Shown piece after piece: positions 9,032-18,477 of a stretch of DNA of 64,000 bases. A program made the translations under genes and the position numbers. Positions within the stretch are counted from its first letter, which is position 1. Every line of letters starts with the position of its first letter. The DNA is from Acidobacteriota bacterium (GTDB lineage Bacteria; Acidobacteriota; UBA4820; DSQY01). The stretch covers positions 1,179 through 65,178 of the forward strand of contig JBFMHB010000006.1 of NCBI GenBank assembly GCA_040752915.1, read 5' to 3'. The notes beneath the pieces are model-generated. The model was not told the DNA's origin and ran no database searches. It saw only the letters and a list, made by a program, of their open reading frames with translations.

Positions 9032-9340
9032 ATGTACGCGATCATTGAGAGCGGTGGAAAACAGCATAGGGTGACCGCTGGAGACAGGGTGAAGCTCGAG
9101 CGCCTCGGCGTCGAAGAGGGGGCGGAAGTCTCCTTTAAGCCCCTCCTCGTGGTGGACGGAGAAAGCGTGTGGACCGCGGCCGAGGCCGGGTCCTACCGGG
9201 TGAGCGGAAAGGTGCTGGGCGAGGGCAAGTTCCGGAAGGTCCTCGTGTTCCACAAGAAGCGCCGCAAACAGTACAAGAAGATCTACGGTCACCGCCAGCC
9301 GTTCACGCAGGTAGAAATCCTCGCCATCGGCAAGGACTGA
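9032..9340 (+). CDS. rplU: 50S ribosomal protein L21
   Basis: [14 protein letters not shown]... typical L21. ATG at 9032 preferred over the track GTG at 9026 because of RBS spacing. Confidence 0.9.
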   Translation: MYAIIESGGKQHRVTAGDRVKLERLGVEEGAEVSFKPLLVVDGESVWTAAEAGSYRVSGKVLGEGKFRKVLVFHKKRRKQYKKIYGHRQPFTQVEILAIGKD

Positions 9341-9353
9341 GGGAGATAGGACC

Positions 9354-9608
9354 ATGGCTCACAAGAAAGGCCAGGGAAGTTCCCGCAACGGACGGGACAG
9401 CAACGCCCAGCGCCTGGGCGTGAAGCGTTTCGGCGGCCAGACCGTCAAGGCCGGGACGATCCTCGTCCGGCAGCGCGGGACCCCGTACAAGCCTGGGATC
9501 CAGGTTGGCCGGGGCACGGACGACACCCTTTTCGCCTTGGCGGACGGCGTGGTCTCCTTCCGCCACCGTGGCCGTCTGGGGTTGTTCGTCGACATCTTGA
9601 CGCCCTGA
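9354..9608 (+). CDS. rpmA: 50S ribosomal protein L27
   Basis: [29 protein letters not shown], canonical L27 N-terminus. Confidence 0.9.
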   Translation: MAHKKGQGSSRNGRDSNAQRLGVKRFGGQTVKAGTILVRQRGTPYKPGIQVGRGTDDTLFALADGVVSFRHRGRLGLFVDILTP

Positions 9609-9618
9609 ACTCCGGGGC

Positions 9619-10620
9619 ATGTTTCTCGATTCCGCCAGAATATTCGTAGAAGCGGGGCGCGGCGGATCGGGTTGCGTTAGCTTCCGAAGGGAAAAATTCG
9701 TACCCAGGGGTGGTCCCGACGGCGGGGACGGGGGCCGCGGGGGACACGTGATTCTCGTGGCCAAACCGCAGGTCCGCACCCTGATTGCCTTTCGATACAA
9801 GCGCAAATTCCAGGCCGAAAAAGGCGCCCACGGGCAGGGTGCTCTCAAGACCGGACGCCGGGGGAAGGACCTGCTGATCCACGTCCCTCTGGGAACGGCC
9901 GTCTATTCCGAGGAGGACGGCCTTCTGTTGTGCGACCTGGTGGAGCGCGGCCAGCGGTTCGTGGCGGCCCAAGGCGGGAAGGCCGGCCGCGGCAACGCGC
10001 GCTTCAAGACATCCACCCACCAGGCCCCCCGAGAGTTCGAGCCCGGCGGGGAGGGCGAAGCGCGATGGCTCCGCCTCGAACTCAAGCTCCTGGCGGACGT
10101 GGGGCTCGTGGGCCTTCCCAATGCGGGAAAGTCCACCTTTCTCTCGGCCGTGTCCAACGCCCGCCCGAAGATCGCGCCCTATCCATTCACCACGCTCTCG
10201 CCCATCCTGGGCGTCGTGGAGTGGACCCGGCACCGCTCCTTCGTCGTGGCGGACATTCCCGGTCTGATCGAGGGAGCCCACCAGGGGCTGGGCCTCGGGG
10301 ACCAGTTTCTCAAGCACGTGGAGCGGACCCAGGTCCTTCTCCACCTGGTGGACCTCGCGGACCCCGTTTCTCCACCCGCCGACCGCGTCCAAACCGTCGA
10401 GAAGGAGCTGAAAGCCTACGGCGCGGGGCTGGACCGGAAGCCCGTAATCTTGGTGGGGACGAAGGCGGATCTCCATCCGGACTCCGAGGGGGAGGCGGCG
10501 CTGCGCGCCTACGCGCAGGACCGCGGGTGGCCCTACCACCGGATTTCCGCCGCCACGCACGAGGGCCTGGAAGCCCTTTTGGGGCGCGCCTTTCGACTTC
10601 TCACGGAGGACGAGCCGTGA
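9619..10620 (+). CDS. obg: GTPase Obg/CgtA
   Basis: Obg fold N-terminus (FLDSARIFVEAGRGGSGCVSFRREK...GGPDGGDGGRGG). G-domain GLVGLPNAGKST, DIPGLIEGA. Confidence 0.9.
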   Translation: MFLDSARIFVEAGRGGSGCVSFRREKFVPRGGPDGGDGGRGGHVILVAKPQVRTLIAFRYKRKFQAEKGAHGQGALKTGRRGKDLLIHVPLGTAVYSEEDGLLLCDLVERGQRFVAAQGGKAGRGNARFKTSTHQAPREFEPGGEGEARWLRLELKLLADVGLVGLPNAGKSTFLSAVSNARPKIAPYPFTTLSPILGVVEWTRHRSFVVADIPGLIEGAHQGLGLGDQFLKHVERTQVLLHLVDLADPVSPPADRVQTVEKELKAYGAGLDRKPVILVGTKADLHPDSEGEAALRAYAQDRGWPYHRISAATHEGLEALLGRAFRLLTEDEP

Positions 10621-11234
10621 GGCTGGGTCTCCTGGGGGGCACCTTCGATCCCCCTCATTTCGGCCATCTCCGCGTGGCTCGCATCGCCCAGAGCCGGGCG
10701 CGGCTCGATTCCGTACTTTTCGTCCCCTGCTCCCGCCAGCCGCTCAAGCTCCGGCCGCCGGAGGCGTCCGGGTACCACCGGGCGGCCATGGTGGCCCTCG
10801 CCCTGTCGGGAAGAACCGATTGGAGCTTGGAGACGGCGGAACTGGAGCGAGGGGGGACCTCGTACACGGCCGACACGGTTGAACTCCTGATGAACAGGGT
10901 GCCCGAGGCCGAGATCTTCCTCGTGCTCGGGGCCGACAGCCTGGCCTCCTTTCCGCGCTGGTGGCGCCATCGCTTTCTCCTGGAGACGTGCCGCCTCGTG
11001 GCGGTTCCCCGCCCCGGCGTGGACCTCCGCGCATCCGTTCCCTCCACCTGGAGAGAGCGCGTGCTGGTGGCGGACGTCCGGCCGTCGGAGATCAGCTCCA
11101 CCGAGGTCCGGGCCCGCGCGGCCCGGGGAGAGAGCCTGAAGGGGTGGGCGCCGGCCCCGGTCGCCCGCTACATTGTCCGTGAGGGGCTGTACGAGACCTT
11201 GCGCCCGCGCATGGTCCGTGGGAGGCGTTCTTGA
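10617..11234 (+). CDS. nadD: Nicotinate-nucleotide adenylyltransferase
   Basis: GTG overlaps the obg stop. LGLLGGTFDPPHFGHL (H/T-x-G-H motif) and SYTADTV. Confidence 0.8.
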   Translation: MRLGLLGGTFDPPHFGHLRVARIAQSRARLDSVLFVPCSRQPLKLRPPEASGYHRAAMVALALSGRTDWSLETAELERGGTSYTADTVELLMNRVPEAEIFLVLGADSLASFPRWWRHRFLLETCRLVAVPRPGVDLRASVPSTWRERVLVADVRPSEISSTEVRARAARGESLKGWAPAPVARYIVREGLYETLRPRMVRGRRS

Positions 11235-11578
11235 CACGAGAGGACATGGAGATCCTGAAGCTGGTGGTGGAGTGCCTGGAGGACGGAAAGGCCGGGGAGC
11301 CGGTGATCCTCGATCTCCGCCCCCTGACCACCATGACGGACTACTTCATCCTGGCCCATGGAACCAACACCCGGCAGGTGCAGGCCATGGCCAGGGACCT
11401 TGCGGAGGTCCTGAAGGCGAAGGCCGGCTTGAAACCCCACCACGTGGAGGGGGTGACCGCGGCCCAGTGGGTGCTCATGGATTACGGACACTTCATCGTC
11501 CACCTCTTCCTGTCCGAAAAGCGCGGATACTACGACCTGGAACGCATCTGGATGGACGCCCCCCGGATCTCCCCATGA
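11231..11578 (+). CDS. rsfS: Ribosomal silencing factor RsfS (Iojap)
   Basis: 115 aa. DYFILAHGTNTRQVQAMA...HFIVHLF typical of RsfS. Conserved obg-nadD-rsfS order. Confidence 0.8.
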   Translation: MTREDMEILKLVVECLEDGKAGEPVILDLRPLTTMTDYFILAHGTNTRQVQAMARDLAEVLKAKAGLKPHHVEGVTAAQWVLMDYGHFIVHLFLSEKRGYYDLERIWMDAPRISP

Positions 11579-12504
11579 GACCCTCCCGGCGCCCCCTCGG
11601 CAGGGATCCCGCCTTTCGGGCCGCCCTGGCCCTCGCCGAGAAGGCCGCCTCCGCACCGGGGCCCGTCCTCCTGGTGGGACCCACGGGGAGCGGAAAGAGC
11701 CGCCTGGCCCGCTACATCCACGATCTGCGACTCCCCAAGCCAGGCACCTTCACCGAATGGCACGCCCCCGGAGTGCCCTCCTCGCTCCTGGAGGCGGAGT
11801 TTTTCGGAGTGGAGAGGGGGGCCGCAACGGGCGTGGCCCCCCGCGCGGGCATCTTCGAGGAATCTGGAACGGGGACCCTCTGCCTTTCCGGGGTGGAGTG
11901 GCTCGCGCCGGACAAGCAGGCGGCCCTTCTCCGAATCCTTGAGGGAAGCCCCTTCCAGCGAATCGGGGGGGGGCGCCGGTTGACCTGCCAGGCGAGGGTT
12001 CTCGCGGCCTTCTCGGAGCCCCCGGAACTGCTGGTTGCCCGAGGGCAGTTGCGGCAGGACTTGCTCTTCCGGCTGGACGTCCTTCGAATCCACCTTCCCG
12101 CCCTGGGGGAGAGGACCGGGGACATCCCGCTCCTGGCCCGCCATTTTCTCCGGGCGGCTTGCCGCCAGTCGGGACGCTCCGTCCCCGAAATGGCCCCCTC
12201 CCTCATCGAGGCGCTGTCCAAACGGCCCTGGCCCGGAAACCTCCGGGAGCTGGCGCGGTGCATGGAGGGCCTGGCGCTCTCCGGAGGAACGCTCCTCGTT
12301 CCCGAGGACCTGCCCGCCGAATTCTGGATGGCCGAGCCTCCAGCCGCGGACGCCCTCCGGAGGAGGCTGACTTTGGAGGAATTGAAGGATGCGTACATCC
12401 GCTTCGTCCTGGCTCGGACCTCCGGGAACCGGACCCGGGCCGCGCGGTGGCTGGGAATCAGCCGCAAGGCTCTGTGGGCCCATTTGAGGCGCTCCGAAAC
12501 TTAG
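11575..12504 (+). CDS. NtrC-family AAA+ (sigma-54-interaction-like) domain plus Fis-type HTH regulator, no receiver domain, degenerate catalytic motifs
   Basis: ATG overlaps the rsfS stop (ATGA). Walker A GPTGSGKS. GAFTGA position reads GAATGV. Walker B position reads LCLSGV instead of the FLDEI-type motif. C-terminal HTH RTRAARWLGISRKALWAHLRR. Confidence 0.6.
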   Translation: MRPSRRPLGRDPAFRAALALAEKAASAPGPVLLVGPTGSGKSRLARYIHDLRLPKPGTFTEWHAPGVPSSLLEAEFFGVERGAATGVAPRAGIFEESGTGTLCLSGVEWLAPDKQAALLRILEGSPFQRIGGGRRLTCQARVLAAFSEPPELLVARGQLRQDLLFRLDVLRIHLPALGERTGDIPLLARHFLRAACRQSGRSVPEMAPSLIEALSKRPWPGNLRELARCMEGLALSGGTLLVPEDLPAEFWMAEPPAADALRRRLTLEELKDAYIRFVLARTSGNRTRAARWLGISRKALWAHLRRSET

Positions 12505-12526
12505 GGTAAGATAGGCCGGTTTAGGT

Positions 12527-12988
12527 ATGTGGGAGATACGGGTGGTTCACGTGGGCCGGATCGCCGATGCGAACATCGCGAGAGGGGTATCCCGCTACGT
12601 CTCCATGGTGGGGGGGGAGTGGCGCCTGCGCATGGACGCCGTCCCCGCTTCGAGGCGGGTGGAGCCGCGCCAAGTCCGCCGCGAGGAGGGACGACGCCTT
12701 GTGGAGCGGGCTTCGGAGGACACCGCTCGGGTGGCCCTCGACGCCGGTGGCCGTCTCCTGGACAGTCCCGCCTTCGCCCGCCTGCTCGGAGAATACAAGG
12801 ATCGGGGGAAGAGGGTGTCGTTCCTGGTGGGCGGACCCCACGGCCTCGACGAGAGCGTTCTTCGTGCCTCCGAACGGGTCCTTTCCCTCTCCCCCATGAC
12901 CCTGCCGCACGAGATGGCCCTGCTCGTCCTCACGGAGCAGATCTACAGAGCCTTCGCCGCCTCCACGGGAAGGGCCTACGCCAAATAG
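12527..12988 (+). CDS. rlmH: 23S rRNA (pseudouridine1915-N3)-methyltransferase
   Basis: 153-aa SPOUT protein. C-terminal LSLSPMTLPHEMALLVLTEQIYRA, typical RlmH. Confidence 0.8.
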   Translation: MWEIRVVHVGRIADANIARGVSRYVSMVGGEWRLRMDAVPASRRVEPRQVRREEGRRLVERASEDTARVALDAGGRLLDSPAFARLLGEYKDRGKRVSFLVGGPHGLDESVLRASERVLSLSPMTLPHEMALLVLTEQIYRAFAASTGRAYAK

Positions 12989-13006
12989 GAGACCGGAGGA
13001 GTCGCC

Positions 13007-13363
13007 ATGGACAAGAGGACCCTGAAGCACTTCGAAAAACGGCTCCAGGACAAGCGAAGGGAGCTCCAAAAGGCCTACCAGGACAAACTCATGAGGAGCG
13101 GCGACGCGGGCGCGGACGGCGCCCTGGACTCGGCGGACGAGGCATCGGTCAACTACAACAAGGAGTTTTGGTACTCCCTGTCGGACGCGGACCGCCGAAC
13201 CATGCGCCTCATCGACGAGGCCCTTCGCGAGATCCGGACGGGGGGGTTCGGGGAGTGCAAGAATTGCGGCGAGCCGATCCAGAAGAAGCGTCTGGAAGCC
13301 GTGCCCTGGGCCCGCCACTGCGTGGCGTGCCAGGACCTTCAAGATCGCGGACTCATCGAGTGA
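13007..13363 (+). CDS. DksA/TraR-family C4 zinc-finger protein
   Basis: 118 aa. Coiled-coil N-terminus with acidic tip (DSADEASVNYN). C4 finger CKNCGEPI...CVAC. Confidence 0.75.
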   Translation: MDKRTLKHFEKRLQDKRRELQKAYQDKLMRSGDAGADGALDSADEASVNYNKEFWYSLSDADRRTMRLIDEALREIRTGGFGECKNCGEPIQKKRLEAVPWARHCVACQDLQDRGLIE

Positions 13364-13372
13364 AGGGGCGTC

Positions 13373-14746
13373 ATGCGCCTGAAGACCGCGCTCGTTACAG
13401 GATTCCTGATCCTTACCATGGCCCTGATGGTGGGGGTCGTGTCCCTCAACGGGCCCGTCCTCGCCCAGCCCTTCAATCTCCTCGGAGTGGAAGTCCCCAC
13501 GGCCTGGGTCCTCGCGCTGGCCTTTCTCGCGGGCTTCATCGCCTTCACCCTCTGGCTGGCCGGTACGGGGGTCGTCCAGTGGGTGCGGCGCTGGATCGAG
13601 GGTTTGAGGCGCCAAAACGAACGGGCCGCGGAGGAGTACTACCTCAAGGGTCTTGACGCGGCCTTGGGAAGCCGCCCCCTCGAGGCCATCACACATTTCC
13701 AGCGAGCGCTGGAGACGTCTCCCGAATACCTGCCGGCCCTCCTCAAGCTGGGGGACGCGCTGAGGGCCGCCGGGAGGCCCCAGGAGGCGCTTTCCTTTCA
13801 CAGGCAGGCCCTGTCGATCCGCCCCGATGACGTGGCCACTCTCTACGCGCTCACCGAGGACGCCCTGCTTCTTCAGGACCACGAGGAAGCCAAGCGCCAT
13901 CTCGCCTCGATTCTGCGCATCCAGCCCCGCCGGGCCCTGAAGGCGCTTCGCCTGCTCCGAACTCTGTACATCCGGGAGACCAACTGGAAAAAGGCGCTCG
14001 AGATCCAGGAGCACATCGGGAGCGCCCGGGTCCTGGAGGAAGAGCGGGCCGACGACGCCCCCTTCACCGCCGGCCTCATGTACCAGATCGGGGCCGACCT
14101 GTTGAACCAGGAGAAGTACAAGGATGCGGTGACTCAGTTGGAGAAGCTGCGCCGCAAGTTCCCGGCCTTCCAGGCGACCTATCTCAAGCTGGCCGAGGCG
14201 TACCTGTTGAGCGGACAGGAGGAGACGGCCGTCGAAGTGTACCTGGACGGGTACCGAAAGAACGCCTCCCCCATGTGCCTGCTGGCCATGGAGCAGCTCT
14301 TTCTGGACAAGGGGGACCCGGAGGGCGCCGTTCGCCAGTACCAGAACCTCATCCAGACGACGGACCGGAAGGTGCTTCCCAAATTTCTCCTCGGCCGCTT
14401 CTACTACAAGCTGGAAGTGCTGGACCGGGCCGAAACCCTGTTCCGGGAAATCCAAGGAAACGTCCGCCAGTCCGGGCTCCTCGAATACTACCTGGGGCGC
14501 ATTCGGGAGCGAAAGGGCGACGCGCCCAAGGCCTGTTCCCATTACCGCGAAGTGATCCGAGTTCTCAACCCCTTCGAACTCAACTACACGTGCTCGGGGT
14601 GCGGTCAGGTATCGCCCGAATGGCGGGATTTCTGCCCCACCTGCCAGCGCTGGGACACCCTTTCGCCGAACTTCCGGGACGAACTCCTCCAAGAGATCCA
14701 CGAACCCAGCCCGGTGTTTTATCAAGGGGTCCCATGGCACGCCTGA
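13373..14746 (+). CDS. lapB: LapB/YciM-like protein: N-terminal TM anchor, TPR repeats, C-terminal rubredoxin-like CxxC-CxxC
   Basis: N-terminal hydrophobic helices. Multiple TPR-like repeats. C-terminus CSGCGQVSPEWRDFCPTCQRWDT. This architecture matches the LPS assembly protein LapB. Confidence 0.55.
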   Translation: MRLKTALVTGFLILTMALMVGVVSLNGPVLAQPFNLLGVEVPTAWVLALAFLAGFIAFTLWLAGTGVVQWVRRWIEGLRRQNERAAEEYYLKGLDAALGSRPLEAITHFQRALETSPEYLPALLKLGDALRAAGRPQEALSFHRQALSIRPDDVATLYALTEDALLLQDHEEAKRHLASILRIQPRRALKALRLLRTLYIRETNWKKALEIQEHIGSARVLEEERADDAPFTAGLMYQIGADLLNQEKYKDAVTQLEKLRRKFPAFQATYLKLAEAYLLSGQEETAVEVYLDGYRKNASPMCLLAMEQLFLDKGDPEGAVRQYQNLIQTTDRKVLPKFLLGRFYYKLEVLDRAETLFREIQGNVRQSGLLEYYLGRIRERKGDAPKACSHYREVIRVLNPFELNYTCSGCGQVSPEWRDFCPTCQRWDTLSPNFRDELLQEIHEPSPVFYQGVPWHA

Positions 14747-16269
14747 CCCGGGGCCCCCTCCTGCTGGCCGTCCTCGACGGATGGGGACTGGCCGAGGACC
14801 AGGCCTTCAACGCCGTGACCCGTTCGGGCCTGCGGAACTTTCCGGCTTGGCTCGAGCGCTTCCCCTGGCGCCCCTTGCGCGCCTCGGGGGAGGCGGTGGG
14901 CCTTCCCGAGGGGCAGATCGGAAATTCCGAGGTGGGCCACCTCACCCTGGGCGCGGGACGGGTGATCTATCAGGATCTCCCGCGCATCAGCCGGGCCATC
15001 CGGGACGGGAGCTTTTTTCGGAACCCGGTCCTGAAGGATGTCTGCCGGGCCTCCCGGGGGGGCACCCTGCATTTGGTGGGACTCGTGTCCGACGGAGGCG
15101 TCCACAGCCATGTGGACCACCTGAAGGCCCTCGTGACCCTTGCGGGCCGCGAGGGCACGGACCGCGTCGCCATCCACGCCATCACCGACGGCCGGGACGT
15201 GCCTCCGACGAGCGGGCTCGGCCATATCGCCGAGGTTCGCAGGTTCCTGGAGGCGGAGGGGATCGGGGCCCTCGCCACGGTCACGGGGCGGTATTACGCC
15301 ATGGACCGTGACCGGCGCTGGGAGCGCACCGAAGTGGCGTACCGCGCCTACACCCTCGGGGAGGGAAGCCGCTGGGAGGACGCCGAAGGGGCCGTCCGCG
15401 CCAGTTACGCATCGGGCGTCACGGACGAGTTCATCCGGCCCATCGTTTTGCCCTGTCCTTACGGAACCATCCGGGACGGGGACGCCGTCTTCTTCTTCAA
15501 CTTTCGCGCGGACCGCGCCCGCCAGTTGTGCAGGGCCCTGGCCGAACCCGGTTTCTCCGATTTCCCTCGGACCGCGCCGCCCCGCTTGAGCGCCTTTTCC
15601 ACCCTGACCCGATACCACAGGGACTTCCCATTCCCGGTGGCCTTCGAGCGGGACATCCCGTCCAACACGCTCGGGGAGGTGTTGGCCAATGCCGGACTGC
15701 GCCAGTTGCGCATCGCCGAGACCGAAAAGTACGCCCACGTGACCTTCTTCTTCAGTGGGGGCCGGGAGGCGCCGTTTCCCGGCGAGGACCGCATCCTGGT
15801 TCCGTCCCCGAAGATCGCCACCTACGACTTGCAGCCCTCCATGAGCGCGCCCGGGGTGACCGAAGCTCTCCTCTCCGCTCTGGACCGCGGGTACGACTTT
15901 CTCCTCCTGAACTTCGCCAACCCAGACATGGTGGGCCACACGGGGGATTTCGAGGCCGCCTGCGAGGCGGCGCGGACGGTGGACCGGTGCATGGGCCGCG
16001 TGCTGGAGAAGGTTCTTGACCTGGGCGGCGCCGTGGCCCTCACGGCGGACCACGGAAACCTGGAGACCATGCGCGAGCCGGATGGAGTCCACATCCACAC
16101 GGCCCACACGACGAACCCGGTCCCCTTTCTCTGGCTTTCGAACAACCCGGTGGAGCTCCGAAGGGACGGGGACTTCGGCCTCGCCTCGGTGGCTCCCACG
16201 CTCCTGGAGCACCTCGGGCTTCCCCGCCCCCCGGAGATGGACGCTCCCTCTCTTTTCCGCTCGGCCTAG
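14734..16269 (+). CDS. gpmI: 2,3-bisphosphoglycerate-independent phosphoglycerate mutase
   Basis: ATG at 14734 overlaps the lapB-like stop. LLAVLDGWGL, GNSEVGHLTLGAGR, LVSDGGVHSH, ADHGN motifs of iPGM. Confidence 0.85.
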   Translation: MARLTRGPLLLAVLDGWGLAEDQAFNAVTRSGLRNFPAWLERFPWRPLRASGEAVGLPEGQIGNSEVGHLTLGAGRVIYQDLPRISRAIRDGSFFRNPVLKDVCRASRGGTLHLVGLVSDGGVHSHVDHLKALVTLAGREGTDRVAIHAITDGRDVPPTSGLGHIAEVRRFLEAEGIGALATVTGRYYAMDRDRRWERTEVAYRAYTLGEGSRWEDAEGAVRASYASGVTDEFIRPIVLPCPYGTIRDGDAVFFFNFRADRARQLCRALAEPGFSDFPRTAPPRLSAFSTLTRYHRDFPFPVAFERDIPSNTLGEVLANAGLRQLRIAETEKYAHVTFFFSGGREAPFPGEDRILVPSPKIATYDLQPSMSAPGVTEALLSALDRGYDFLLLNFANPDMVGHTGDFEAACEAARTVDRCMGRVLEKVLDLGGAVALTADHGNLETMREPDGVHIHTAHTTNPVPFLWLSNNPVELRRDGDFGLASVAPTLLEHLGLPRPPEMDAPSLFRSA

Positions 16270-17045
16270 GTCTGGTGGCCTCCGCCCTCCGATTCGGCCG
16301 GATCGTCGCCCACCCGCCGCCCTCGAATCCTTCGGAACAGGCTCCGCAGGATCTCCGTGTCCCGGCGGTTCAACCCCACACGGTGGATGAGGGCCCTCAG
16401 CTCCCGCCCGGCGGGCTCATCGCCCCGGATCAAAAATCCCGATCGCCGGCCGACTTCCAGGACCATGGACGCCAGCCTTTCCCGATCCGCGTGGGTGGAG
16501 ACCTCGGCGGACGCGGGAGGGGCCGGCCTGGCCCCGACCAGGGCCTTTTGGATGAGGTAGGCCAGGATCACCGCGCTCTGGGCTACGTTGAGGTCCCGGT
16601 AGGAGGGGTCCGTGGGGATCACCACCACGCCCGAACACAGGGAGAGTTCTTCGCGCGTCAGACCCGAGGATTCGGAGCCGAAGACGAGGGCCGCGCCGCG
16701 GGAGGCCGAAGCGGCCAGGCTCTCCGCGGCCCGCTCGGGGTCCATGTTGTCCATCCGCGGCGCGCCCCGCGGCGCCGTGGCGAGGACGATCGAGCATTCG
16801 GCGACGGCTTCCCCGAGGGTGCCCACCGCACGTGCCCTTTCCAGAAGATCCGTTGCGTGCCAGGCCATGCGCCGGGACTCGGTTTCGAAGTAGGGGGGGG
16901 CGTCGGGAGCATCTCCGCTCCGGTGAAGGCGGGGATCCACGAGAACGAGGTCCCACAAGCCAAAGTTCTTCATGGCCCGGGCCACGGCCCCCACGTTGCC
17001 CGGCGAACGGCTTCGCACCAGAACGAACCGGATCCCGTCCATCAA
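16266..17045 (-). CDS. TrmH/SpoU-family RNA 2'-O-methyltransferase
   Basis: SPOUT motifs IRFVLVRSRSPGNVGAVARAMKNFG, ALVFGSESSGL, VVIPTDPSYRDLNVAQSAVIL. ATG at 17045 overlaps the mltG stop (ATGA). Confidence 0.7.
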   Translation of the reverse strand: MMDGIRFVLVRSRSPGNVGAVARAMKNFGLWDLVLVDPRLHRSGDAPDAPPYFETESRRMAWHATDLLERARAVGTLGEAVAECSIVLATAPRGAPRMDNMDPERAAESLAASASRGAALVFGSESSGLTREELSLCSGVVVIPTDPSYRDLNVAQSAVILAYLIQKALVGARPAPPASAEVSTHADRERLASMVLEVGRRSGFLIRGDEPAGRELRALIHRVGLNRRDTEILRSLFRRIRGRRVGDDPAESEGGGHQT

Positions 17046-18067
17046 CGGCCCCCGGCCGACCGCCCCCGGCGGGTCCGCGCCACCCACCGGTTGTGCTCCT
17101 CCAGAGTGCGAGAGAAGGCGTGGGTGCCGTCGTTTCGGCTCACGAAGTAGAGGTACGGGGAGGCCTGGGGACTCAGAACGGCCTCCAGGGACGCACGCCC
17201 CGGACTGCAGATGGGGCCGGGCGGCAACCCCGCGTGCCGATAGGTGTTGTACGGACTTTCAAAGGCGAGGTCCTCCCGGCGGAGGGTTCCCGAGTAGCGG
17301 CCGGCCAGGCTCAGCGCGTACACCACCGAAGGATCGGTCTGCAGGGCCATGCCCAGCCGGAGCCGGTTCTCGAAGACGCCGGCGATGAGCGGACGTTCGG
17401 GAGCGGAGGCGGTCTCCTCCTCCACCAGGGAGGCGAGGGTCACGACCTCCCTGAGGCCCCGATCCCGCCCCGGACCTGCGGCCGAGGCCCACCAGGAACG
17501 GAAGGAGCGGACCAGGACGAGGACCACGGCCTTCTCGCTCAATCCGGGATCCAGCAGATAGGTTTCGGGAAAGAGGTAGCCTTCCAGGTCCAGGGCCCTC
17601 GGGTCCAGGTCCAGGATGGGGCGAGGATCCTGGACGGCCCGTCGGAACGCATCTTCGGAGCCGAGCCCGCCCTTGGCGAGGAGTTCGATCACTTCGTCGG
17701 CCCTCAACCCCTCGGGGATCGTCACCCGGGTCAGCTCCACCTCTCCCCGGTTCAGTTTTCCGATGATCTCGAGAGGCGACAGGGGCCGGTCAAATCGGTA
17801 GGTTCCCGGCCGGAGCTTGCGCGGGTTGCCGTAGAGGACGAAGGCGAGCTTGAAGGAGACCCGGTTGCTCACGAGGCCCTTTTCGTGGAGGGCCTCCACG
17901 ACGTCCCCGGCCCGGTCGCCCCTGGAGACGGCGACCCGGACCTCCCCCGCCGCGCGCCGATAGGGCCGATGCCAGTCCCAGGCCAGGAACGAGACGGCCG
18001 CGCCCCCTGCGGCGATGGACGCCAGAATCGCGGCGCCGATTCCCTTCCCCAGGCGCCTCACGGGCAC
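17042..18067 (-). CDS. mltG: Endolytic murein transglycosylase MltG (YceG family)
   Basis: N-terminal TM helix. YceG-like core (GEVELTRVTIPEG, SLVEEET, GLPPGPI). Confidence 0.8.
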   Translation of the reverse strand: MPVRRLGKGIGAAILASIAAGGAAVSFLAWDWHRPYRRAAGEVRVAVSRGDRAGDVVEALHEKGLVSNRVSFKLAFVLYGNPRKLRPGTYRFDRPLSPLEIIGKLNRGEVELTRVTIPEGLRADEVIELLAKGGLGSEDAFRRAVQDPRPILDLDPRALDLEGYLFPETYLLDPGLSEKAVVLVLVRSFRSWWASAAGPGRDRGLREVVTLASLVEEETASAPERPLIAGVFENRLRLGMALQTDPSVVYALSLAGRYSGTLRREDLAFESPYNTYRHAGLPPGPICSPGRASLEAVLSPQASPYLYFVSRNDGTHAFSRTLEEHNRWVARTRRGRSAGGR

Positions 18068-18477
18068 CCCGCATCCAGGTAGGACTGAAGGAGAAGGGCC
18101 GCCGCCACCTGGTCCAGGCGTCCCTTGTTCCGACCCACGCGCTCTCCACGCTCCCTGAGCATGGAGGCGGCCTCCACGCTGGTGAGCCGCTCGTCCCAGA
18201 AGACCAGGTCCACGGAGGGCAACCTGCGGGCCAGGGCGGCGGCGAAGGCGGTCACCTTTTCCTCGAGCGCGCTGCTCCGGCCGTCCATGTGAAGGGGCCG
18301 GCCCAGAACCACGCGGACGGCCCCCTGGGCGACGACCTGAGCCGCCACGCCCGCCTGTCCCTCCCGAACCCCCTTCACGTGGAGGGTCGGAAGGGGCCTC
18401 GCCAGGGTTCGTGTTTCATCGGATACGGCCAGTCCGATCCGCCGCTCGCCCCAGTCCACCGCCAGGATCCGGCTCAT
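18058..18477 (-). CDS. ruvX: Putative pre-16S rRNA nuclease / Holliday-junction resolvase-like YqgF
   Basis: MSRILAVDWGERRIGLAVSDE ... typical RuvX. ATG at 18477 overlaps the upstream stop. Confidence 0.8.
   Translation of the reverse strand: MSRILAVDWGERRIGLAVSDETRTLARPLPTLHVKGVREGQAGVAAQVVAQGAVRVVLGRPLHMDGRSSALEEKVTAFAAALARRLPSVDLVFWDERLTSVEAASMLRERGERVGRNKGRLDQVAAALLLQSYLDAGCP

Noticed and set aside
12521-14740. 739-aa minus-strand ORF, plus similar very long antisense ORFs (14722-16212, 16832-18082, 32933-34900, 45041-46915, 55356-57515, 59575-62154)
   Set aside because: Each lies antisense to a gene with clear family motifs (rlmH/dksA/lapB, gpmI, mltG, aspS, cNMP protein, rpoA/rpsD, secY/ribosomal). 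Their products are Arg/Gly/Pro/Asp-rich low-complexity sequence. Open frames of this kind are expected by chance at 70% GC.
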